Shown: positions 53,901 through 64,000 of the stretch, piece after piece
How positions within the stretch are numbered: position 1 is the stretch's first letter
Layout: the number at the start of each line of letters is the position of its first letter
Source of the DNA: Eledone cirrhosa
Lineage: Eukaryota
Assembly: GCA_964016885.1 (NCBI GenBank)
Contig: OZ024740.1
Coordinates: 434,930,001 to 434,994,000, forward strand
Direction of reading: 5' to 3'
Length of the DNA stretch: 64,000 nucleotides
The notes under the pieces: generated by a model
Databases searched by the model: none
What the model was told of the DNA's origin: nothing
The model's input: only the letters and a program-made list of their open reading frames with translations
Position numbers and translations under genes: made by a program

Positions 53901-56705
53901 TTTAATAGAAGCAACTCAGGTATATGATAGGTGGCGCTGTGGATAAATCTTTTAATAGAACCAACTGAAGCATATGATAGGTGGCGCTGTGGGAAACTGT
54001 TTTAATGGAACCAACTGAAGTATATGGTAGGTGGCGCTGTGGGAAACTGTTTTAATGGAACTAACTCAGGTATATGATAGGTGGCGCTGTGGGTAACTGT
54101 TTTAATACAACCAACTCAGGTATATGATAGGTGGTACTGTGCGTAATTGTTTTAATGGAACCAACTGAAGTATACAATAGGTGGCACTGTGGGAAACTGT
54201 TTTAATGGAACAAACTGAAGTATATGATAGGTGGCACTGTGGGAAACTGTTTTAATGGAACCAACTGAAGCATATGAAAGGTGGCACTGTGGGAAATTGT
54301 TTTAATGGAACCAACTGAAGAATATGATAGATGGCGCTGTGGGAAATTGTTTTAATGGAACCAACAGAAGTATATGATAGGTGGCACTGTGGGAAACTGT
54401 TTTAATGGAACCAACTGAAGAATATGATAGATGGCGCTGTCGGAAATTGTTTTAATGGAACCAACTGAAGTATATGATAGGTGGCACTGTGGGAAACTGT
54501 TTTAATGGAACCAACTGAAGAATATGATAGATGGCGCTGTGGGAAATTGTTTTAATGGAACCAACAGAAGTATATGATAGATGGCGCTGTGGGAAACTGT
54601 TTTAATAGAACCAACTGAAGTATATGATAGGTGGCGCTGTGGGAAACTGGTTTAATGGAACCAACTGAAGTATATGATAGGTGGCACTGTGGGAAACTGT
54701 TTTAATGGAACCAACTGATGTATATGATAGGTGGCGCTGTGGGTAGCTGTTTTAATAGAACCAAATGAAGTATATGATAGGTGGCGCTGTGGGTAACTGT
54801 TTTAATAGAACTAACTGAAGTAAATGATAGGTGGCACTGTGGGAAACTGTTTTAATGGAACCAACTGAAGTATATGATAGGTGGCACTGTGGGAAACTCT
54901 TTCAAATTGAACCAACTGAAGTATATGATAGGTGGCACTGTGGGTAACTGTTTTAATAGAACCAACTGAAGTATATGATAGGTGGCACTGTGGGAAACTC
55001 TTTCAAATTGAACCAACTGACGTATATGATAGGTGGCACTGTGGGAAACTGTTTTAATGGAACTAACTGAAGTATATGATAGGTGGCACTGTGGGTAACT
55101 GTTTTAATGCAACAAACTGAAGTATATGATAGGTGGCACTGTGGGAAACTGTTTTAATGCAACCAACTGAAGTATATGATAGGTGGCACTGTGGGAAACT
55201 GTTTTAATGCAACCAACTGACGTATATGATAGGTGGCACTGTGGGAAACTGTTTTAATGCAACCAACTGAAGTATATGATAGGTGGCACTGTGGGAAACT
55301 GTTTTAATGGAACTAACTGAAGTATATGATAGGTGGCACTGTGGGAAACTGTTTTAATGCAGCCAACTGAAGTATATGATAGGTGGCGCTGTGGGTAACT
55401 GTTTTAATGCAACCAACTGAAGTATATGATAGGCAGCGCTGTGGGAAACTGTTTTAATGGAACCAACTGAAGTATATGATAGGCGGCGCTGTGGAAAACT
55501 GTTTTAATGGAACCAACTGAAGTATATGATAGGTGGCACTGTGGGAAACTGTTTTAATGCAACCAACTGAAGTATATGATAGGCGGCACTGTGGGAAACT
55601 GTTTTAATGGAACTAACTGAAGTATATGATAGGCGGCGCTGTGGGAAACTGTTTTAATGCAACCAACTGAAGTATATGATAGGAGGCACTGTGGGAAACT
55701 GTTTTAATGCAACCAACTGAAGTATATGATAGGCGGCACTGTGGGAAACTGTTTTAATGGAACTAACTGAAGTATATGATAGGGGGTTCTGTGGGAAACT
55801 GTTTTAATGGAACCAACTGAAGTATATGATAGGTGGCACTGTGGGAAACTGTTTTAATGCAACCAACTGAAGTATATGATAGGCGGCACTGTGGGAAACT
55901 GTTTTAATGGAACTAACTGAAGTATATGATAGGCGGCGCTGTGGGAAACTGTTTTAATGGAACCAACTGAAGTATATGATAGGTGGCACTGTGGGAAACT
56001 GTTTTAATGCAACCAACTGAAGTATATGATAGGTGGCACTGTGGGTAACTGTTTTAATGGAACCAACTCAAGTATATTATAGGCGGCACTGTGGGAAACT
56101 GTTTTAATGGAACTAACTGAAGTATATGATAGGCGGCGCTGTGGGAAACTGTTTTAATGGAACCAACTGAAGTATATGATAGGTGGCGCTGTGGGAAACT
56201 GTTTTAATGGAACCAACTGAAGTATATGATAGGTGGCGCTGTGGGAAACTGTTTTAATGGAACCAACTGAAGTATATGATAGGCGGCACTGTGGGAAACT
56301 GTTTTAATGCAACCAACTGAAGTATATTATAGGTGGCACTGTGCGTAACTGTTTTAATGGAACCAACTGAAGTATATGATAGATGGCGCTGTGGGAAATT
56401 GTTTTAATGGAACCAACTGAAGTATATGATAGGTGGCGCTGTGGGAAACTGTTTTGATGGAAGCAACTGAAGTATATGATACGTGGCACTGTGGGAAACT
56501 GTTTAAATAGAACCAAGTGAAGTATATGATAGGTGGCGCTGTGGGTAACTGTTTTAATAGAACCAACTCAGGTATATGATAGGTGGCGCTGTGGGAAACT
56601 GTTTTAATGGAACCAACTCAGGTATATGATAGGTGGTACTGTGCGTAATTGTTTTAATGGAACCAACTGAAGTATATGATAGGTGGCGCTGTGGGAAACT
56701 GTTTT

Positions 56706-57270
56706 CATCATCATCATCATCATCACCGTTTTACGTCCGTTCTTCCACGTTAGCATGGGTTAGACGGGTTGTCCTGTTGTGGGCAGTGTCTGGTCGGCTG
56801 ACCATGCCTTGCTCATACAGGAACTGATCTGGCTTGATTTCTACAGCTGGATGCCCTTCCTAACACCAACCTCATTTACAGTGTGGGCTGGGTGCTTTTT
56901 TGCCGTGGCACCTCCACGACCACCTTGCGGTGGGGGGTGTGGGGGCATATTGTTTATATGCTTCAGCATGTACCCATGGGAGGTCGGGTACCCTGTATTA
57001 CTGCGTGACGCCAGAAGTCACGGTCGTGTGTCATTGACTTTGAGAGGTGTAGTTGGGTAAGGTCGGCTTTTATCACCTCATCCCAAGTCATCTTGGGTCT
57101 CTCCACTCCGCGGTTTCCATCAACTTCTAGTGCTCTGCACCTTTTTATGCAGCTGTCATCCTTCATACGCATCACATGTCCATACCAGCGTAACCGCCTC
57201 TCCTGCACGCAGCATTTGATTCCTCTTATGCTCAGTCTCTCTCTCAATTCCTTTATGCTTTGTCGTTCAT
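56706..57270 (-). mobile_element. 5'-truncated RTE LINE fragment, copy 8 (565 bp)
   Basis: Same junctions; T at 57102. Confidence 0.93.
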
Positions 57271-60200
57271 TGTTTTAATGCAACCAACTGAAGTAGAGTA
57301 TAGGCAGCGCTGTGGGAAACTGTTTTAATGGAACCAACTGAAGTATATGATAGGCAGCGCTGTGGGAAACTGTTGTAATGGAACAAACTGAAGTATATGA
57401 TAGGTGGCACTGTGGGAAACTGTTTTAATGGAACTAACTCAGGTATATGATAGGTGGCGCTGTGGGTAACTGTTTTAATGGAACCAACTGAAGTATATGA
57501 TAGGTGGCGCTGTGGGAAACTATTTTAATGGAACCAACTGATGTATATGATAGGTGGCGCTGTGGGTAGCTGTTTTAATAGAACCAACTGAAATATATCA
57601 TAGGTGGTGCTGTGGGAAACTGTCTTAATAGAACCAACTCAGGTATATGATAGGTGGCGCTGTGGGAAACTGTTTTAATGGAACCAACTGAAGTATATGA
57701 TAGGTGGCACTGTGGGTAACTGTTTTAATGGAACCAACTGAAGTATATGATAGGTGGCGCTGTGGGAAACTGTTTTAATGGAACCAACTGACATATATGA
57801 TAGGTGGCGCTGTGGGAAACAGTTTTAATGGAACCAACTGAAGTATATGATAGGTGGCGCTGTGGGTAACTGTTTTAATGGAACTAACTCAGGTATATGA
57901 TAGGTGGCGCTGTGGGTTACTGTTTTAATAGAACCAACTCGGGTATATGATAGGTGGCGCTGTGGGTAAATGTTTTAATGGAACCAACTGAAGTATATGA
58001 TAGGTGGCGCTGTGGGTTACTGTTTTAATAGAACCAACTCGGGTATATGATAGGTGGCGCTGTGCGTAATTGTTTTAATGGAACCAACTGAAGTATATGA
58101 TAAGTGGCGCTGTGGGAAACTGTTTTAATGCAACCAACTGAAGTATATGATAGGTGGCACTGTGGGAAACGGTTTTAATGGAATTAACTGAAGTATATGA
58201 TAGGTGGCGCTGTGGGAAACTGTTTTAATGCAACCAACTGAAGTATATGATAGGTGGCACTGTGGGAAACTGTTTTAATGGAACTAACTGAAGTATATGA
58301 TAAGTGGCACTGTGGGAAACTGTTTTAATGCAACCAACTGAAGTATATGATAGGTGGCGCTGTGGGTAACTGTTTTAATGCAACCAACTCAAGTATATGG
58401 TAGGTGGCACTGTGGGAAACTGTTTTAATGCAACCAACTGAAGTATGTGATAGGTGGCACTGTGGGAAACTGTTTTAATAGAACTAACTGAAGTATATGA
58501 TAGGTGGCACTGTGGGTAACTATTTTAATGGAACCAACTCAGGTATATGATAGGTGGCGCTGTGGGAAACTGTTTTAATGGAACCAACTGAAGTATATGA
58601 TAGGTGGCACTGTGGGAAATTGTTTCTATGGAACCAACTCAAGTATATGATAGGTGGCACTGTGGGTAACTGTTTTAATGGAACCAACTCAAGTATATTA
58701 TAGGTGGCACTGTGGGTAACTGTTTTAATGGAACCAACTGAAGTATATGATAGGTGGCGCTGTGGGAAACTGTTTTAATGGAACCAACTGAAGTATATGA
58801 TAGGTGGGGCTGTGAGAAACTGTTTTAATGAAACCAACTGAAGTATATGATACGTGGCACTGTGGGAAACTGTTTTAATAGAACCAAGTGAAGTATATGA
58901 TAGGTGGGGCTGTGGGAAACTGTTTTAATAGAACCAACTCAGGTATATGATAGGTGGCGCTGTGGGTAAATCTTTTAATAGAACCAACTGAAGCATATGA
59001 TAGGTGGCGTTGTAGGAAACTGTTTTAATGGAACCAACTGAAGTATATGGTAGGTGGCGCTGTGGGAAACTGTTTTAATGGAACTAACTCAGGTATATGA
59101 TAGGTGGCGCTGTGGGTAACTGTTTTAATGGAACTAACTGAAGTATATGATAGGCGGCGCTGTGGGAAACTGTTTTAATGGAACCAACTGAAGTATATGG
59201 TAGGTGGCGCTGTGGGAAACTGTTTTAATGGAACTAACTCAGGTATATGATAGGCGGCACTGTGGGAAACTGTTTTAATGGAACTAACTGAAGTATATGA
59301 TAGGCGGCGCTGTGGGAAACTGTTTTAATGGAACCAACTGAAGTATATGATAGGTGGCACTGTGGGAAACTGTTTTAATGCAACCAACTGAAGTATATGA
59401 TAGGCGGCACTGTGGGAAACTGTTTTAATGGAACTAACTTAAGTATATGATAGGTGGCACTGTGGGAAACTGTTTTAATGGAACTAACTGAAGTATATGA
59501 TAGGTGGCACTGTGGGAAACTGTTTTAATGGAACTAACTGAAGTATATGATAGGTGGCACTGTGGGAAACTGTTTTAATGCAACCAACTGAAGTATATGA
59601 TAGGTGGTACTGTGGGAAACTGTTTTAATGGAACTAACTGAAGTATATGATAGGTGGCACTGTGGGAAACTGTTTTAATGGAACTAACTGAAGTATATGA
59701 TAGGTGGCACTGTGGGAAACTGTTTTAATCGAACTAACTGAAGTATATGATAGGTGGCGCTGTGGGAAACTGTTTTAATGGAACCAACTGAAGTATACAA
59801 TAGGTGGCGCTGTGGGAAACTGTTTTAATGGAACCAACTGAAGTATATGATAGGTGGCACTGTGGGAAACTGTTTTAATGGAACCAACTGAAGTATATGA
59901 TAGGTGGTGCTGTGGGAAACAGTTTTAATGGAACCAACTGAAGTATATGATAGGTGGCACTGTGGGTAACTCTTTTAATGGAACCAACTCAGGTATATGA
60001 TAGGTGGCGCTGTGGGAAACTGTTTTAATGGAACCAACTGAAGTATATGATAGGTGGCGCTGTGGGAAACTGTTTTAATGGAACCAACTGAAGTATATGA
60101 TAGGTGGGGCTGTGGGAAACTGTTTTAATGAAACCAACTGAAGTATATGATACGTGGCACTGTGGGAAACTGTTTTAATAGAACCAAGTGAAGTATATGA

Positions 60201-63200
60201 TAGGTGGGGCTGTGGGAAACTGTTTTAATAGAAGCAACTCAGGTATATGATAGGTGGCGCTGTGGATAAATCTTTTAATAGAACCAACTGAAGCATATGA
60301 TAGGTGGCGCTGTGGGAAACTGTTTTAATGGAACCAACTGAAGTATATGGTAGGTGGCGCTGTGGGAAACTGTTTTAATGGAACTAACTCAGGTATATGA
60401 TAGGTGGCGCTGTGGGTAACTGTTTTAATACAACCAACTCAGGTATATGATAGGTGGTACTGTGCGTAATTGTTTTAATGGAACCAACTGAAGTATACAA
60501 TAGGTGGCACTGTGGGAAACTGTTTTAATGGAACAAACTGAAGTATATGATAGGTGGCACTGTGGGAAACTGTTTTAATGGAACCAACTGAAGAATATGA
60601 TAGATGGCGCTGTGGGAAATTGTTTTAATGGAACCAACAGAAGTATATGATAGATGGCGCTGTGGGAAACTGTTTTAATAGAACCAACTGAAGTATATGA
60701 TAGGTGGCGCTGTGGGAAACTGGTTTAATGGAACCAACTGAAGTATATGATAGGTGGCACTGTGGGAAACTGTTTTAATGGAACCAACTGATGTATATGA
60801 TAGGTGGCGCTGTGGGTAGCTGTTTTAATAGAACCAAATGAAGTATATGATAGGTGGCGCTGTGGGTAACTGTTTTAATAGAACTAACTGAAGTAAATGA
60901 TAGGTGGCACTGTGGGAAACTGTTTTAATGGAACCAACTGAAGTATATGATAGGTGGCACTGTGGGAAACTCTTTCAAATTGAACCAACTGAAGTATATG
61001 ATAGGTGGCACTGTGGGTAACTGTTTTAATAGAACCAACTCAGGTATACAATAGGTGGCGCTGTGGGAAACTGTTTTAATGGAACCAACTGAAGTATATG
61101 ATAGGTGGCGCTGTGGGAAACTGTTTTAATGGAACCAACTGAAGTATATGATAGGTGGTGCTGTGGGAAACAGTTTTAATGGAACCAACTGAAGTATATG
61201 ATAGGTGGCACTGTGGGTAACTCTTTTAATGGAACCAACTCAGGTATATGATAGGTGGCGCTGTGGGAAACTGTTTTAATGAAACCAACTGAAGTATATG
61301 ATAGGTGGCACTGTGGGAAATTGTTTCTATGGAACCAACTCAAGTATATGATAGGTGGCACTGTGGGTAACTGTTTTAATGGAACCAACTCAAGTATATT
61401 ATAGGTGGCACTGTGGGTAACTGTTTTAATGGAACCAACTGAAGTATATGATAGGTGGCGCTGTGGGAAACTGTTTTAATGGAACCAACTGAAGTACATG
61501 ATAGGTGGGGCTGTGGGAAACTGTTTTAATGAAACCAACTGAAATATATGATACGTGGCACTGTGGGAAACTGTTTTAATAGAACCAAGTGAAGTATATG
61601 ATAGGTGGGGCTGTGGGAAACTGTTTTAATAGAACCAACTCAGGTATATGATAGGTGGCGCTGTGGGTAAATCTTTTAATAGAACCAACTGAAGCATATG
61701 ATAGGTGGCGCTGTGGGAAACTGTTTTAATGGAACCAACTGAAGTATATGGTAGGTGGCGCTGTGGGAAACTGTTTTAATGGAACTAACTCAGGTATATG
61801 ATAGGTGGCGCTGTGGGTAACTGTTTTAATAGAACCAACTCAGGTATATGATAGGTGGTACTGTGCGTAATTGTTTTAATGAAACCAACTGAAGTATACA
61901 ATAGGTGGCACTGTGGGAAACTGTTTTAATGGAACAAACTGAAGTATATGATAGGTGGCACTGTGGGAAACTGTTTTAATGGAACCAACTGAAGTATATG
62001 AAAGGTGGCACTGTGGGAAATTGTTTTAATGGAACCAACTGAAGAATATGATAGATGGCGCTGTGGGAAATTGTTTTAATGGAACCAACAGAAGTATATG
62101 ATAGGTGGCACTGTGGGAAACTGTTTTAATGGAACCAACTGAAGAATATGATAGATGGCGCTGTGGGAAATTGTTTTAATGGAACCAACTGAAGTATATG
62201 ATAGGTGGCAATGTGGGAAACTGTTTTAATGGAACCAACTGAAGAATATGATAGATGGCGCTGTGGGAAATTGTTTTAATGGAACCAACAGAAGTATATG
62301 ATAGATGGCGCTGTGGGAAACTGTTTTAATAGAACCAACTGAAGTATATGATAGGTGGCGCTGTGGGAAACTGGTTTAATGGAACCAACTGAAGTATATG
62401 ATAGGTGGCACTGTGGGAAACTGTTTTAATGGAACCAACTGATGTATATGATAGGTGGCGCTGTGGGTAGCTGTTTTAATAGAACCAAGTGAAGTATATG
62501 ATAGGTGGCGCTGTGGGTAACTGTTTTAATAGAACTAACTGAAGTATATGATAGGTGGCACTGTGGGAAACTGTTTTAATGGAACCAACTGAAGTATATG
62601 ATAGGTGGCACTGTGGGAAACTCTTTCAAATGGAACCAACTGAAGTATATGATAGGTGGCACTGTGGGTAACTGTTTTAATAGAACCAACTCAGGTATAT
62701 GATAGGTGGCACTGTGCATAATTGCTTTAATGGAACCAACTGAAGTATATGATAGGTGGCACTGTGGGAAACTGTTTTAATGCAACCAACTGACGTATAT
62801 GATAGGTGGCACTGTGGGAAACTGTTTTAATGCAACCAACTGAAGTATATGATAGGTGGCACTGTGGGAAACTGTTTTAATGGAACTAACTGAAGTATAT
62901 GATAGGTGGCACTGTGGGAAACTGTTTTAATGCAACCAACTGAAGTATATGATAGGTGGCGCTGTGGGTAACTGTTTTAATGCAACCAACTGAAGTATAT
63001 GATAGGCAGCGCTGTGGGAAACTGTTTTAATGGAACCAACTGAAGTATATGATAGGCGGCTCTGTGGGAAACTGTTTTAATGGAACCAACTGAAGTATAT
63101 GATAGGTGGCACTGTGGGAAACTGTTTTAATGCAACCAACTGAAGTATATGATAGGCGGAACTGTGGGAAACTGTTTTAATGGAACTAACTGAAGTATAT

Positions 63201-64000
63201 GATAGGCAGCGCTGTGGGAAACTGTTTTAATGGAACCAACTGAAGTATATGATAGGTGGCACTGTGGGAAACTGTTTTAATGGAACCAACTGAAGTATAT
63301 GATAGGTGGCACTGTGGGAAACTGTTTTAATGCAACCAACTGAAGTATATGATAGGCGGCACTGTGGGAAACTGTTTTAATGGAACTAACTGAAGTATAT
63401 GATAGGTGGCACTGTGGGAAACTGTTTTAATGGAACTAACTGAAGTATATGATAGGTGGCACTGTGGGAAACTGTTTTAATGGAACCAACTGAAGTATAT
63501 GATAGGTGGCACTGTGGGAAACTGTTTTAATGCAACCAACTGAAGTATATGATAGGTGGTACTGTGGGAAACTGTTTTAATGGAACTAACTGAAGTATAT
63601 GATAGGTGGCACTGTGGGAAACTGTTTTAATGGAACTAACTGAAGTATATGATAGGTGGCGCTGTGGGAAACTGTTTTAATGGAACCAACTGAAGTATAC
63701 AATAGGTGGCGCTGTGGGAAACTGTTTTAATGGAACTAACTGAAGTATATGATAGGTGGCGCTGTGGGAAACTGTTTTAATGGAACCAACTGAAGTATAC
63801 AATAGGTGGCACTGTGGGAAACTGTTTTAATGGAACTAACTGAAGTATATTATAGGTGGCACTGTGGGTAACTGTTTTAATGGAACCAACTCAAGTATAT
63901 TATAGGTGGCACTGTGGGTAACTGTTTTAATGGAACCAACTGAAGTATATGATAGGTGGCGCTGTGGGAAACTGTTTTAATGGAACCAACTGAAGTATAT

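Larger units (their letters stand above)
49980..61040. repeat. Segmental duplication, period 6323 bp, containing LINE copies 7 and 8
   Basis: LINE starts 50383/56706. Rare variants (gagaaactg, cgttgtaggaaac, aacttaag, tagaagcaact) recur at +6323 up to ~54270/60590, then continue with a 250-bp offset change to ~54970/61040. Confidence 0.85.
1..64000. repeat. 50-bp satellite tandem array (~1,185 monomers), consensus GGTGGCRCTGTGGGWAACTGTTTTAATRGAACYAACTGAAGTATATGATA; extends beyond both window ends
   Basis: A 50-nt periodicity is directly visible throughout, e.g. monomers start at 1, 51, 101. Monomers differ by only a few substitutions. The phase shifts only at the insertions (+571/572, +18) and at rare 1-2 bp indel monomers. 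Consensus is about 40% GC with a G-rich + strand (14 G vs 6 C). Confidence 0.99.

Noticed and set aside
3375-57270. Eight independent site-specific LINE integrations or active elements
   Set aside because: Identical truncation, tail length, TSD and flanking rare variants indicate one event copied by duplication. No EN or RT domain is present.
2323-61388. 70-aa - strand ORFs (MVPLKQ.../MVLLKQ...) in the ORF track
   Set aside because: They are translations of satellite monomers where a point variant removes the recurring TAA stop. The 50-bp period cycles through all frames, and there is no coding signal.
1-64000. CRISPR array (regular repeats containing GTTTTAAT.GAAC, superficially like some CRISPR repeat ends)
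   Set aside because: There are no unique spacers: the entire 50 bp repeats. There are no cas genes or leader, and the embedded LINE indicates a eukaryote.
1-64000. Telomeric repeat, tRNA/5S/snRNA tandem gene array, or inversion within the array
   Set aside because: There are no TTAGGG-type units, and I recognise no pol III boxes or RNA gene folds. I saw no reverse-orientation monomers.

Overview
This window is eukaryotic satellite DNA with no intact genes. About 93% is one head-to-tail array of a 50-bp monomer (consensus GGTGGCRCTGTGGGWAACTGTTTTAATRGAACYAACTGAAGTATATGATA), roughly 1,185 copies by arithmetic, all in one orientation. The array carries eight near-identical copies of a 565-566 bp 5'-truncated RTE-clade LINE fragment on the - strand. 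Each copy has an ORF C-terminus, a 3' UTR with a terminal stem-loop, a (TGA)n tail and a 6-bp target-site duplication (TSD), TGTTTT. It also carries five copies of a tail-only (CAT)3 micro-insertion with a 9-bp duplication. Both insertion types sit at the same TTTT|AA position of the monomer. Identical junctions and flanking variant monomers show that each insertion happened once and was then multiplied by kb-scale segmental duplications of the array (periods seen include 8777, 6323, 2917, 2600, 2400, 2099, 1571 and 1450 bp). Uninterrupted 'empty-site' relatives of the LINE target monomer survive in the same array. Monomer junctions form TAG(G/A)TGGC(G/A)CT, which resembles the core CTCF motif. 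The LINE resembles RTE fragments I recall from octopus genomes, but I cannot verify that here. Duplication boundaries were traced by eye and are approximate.
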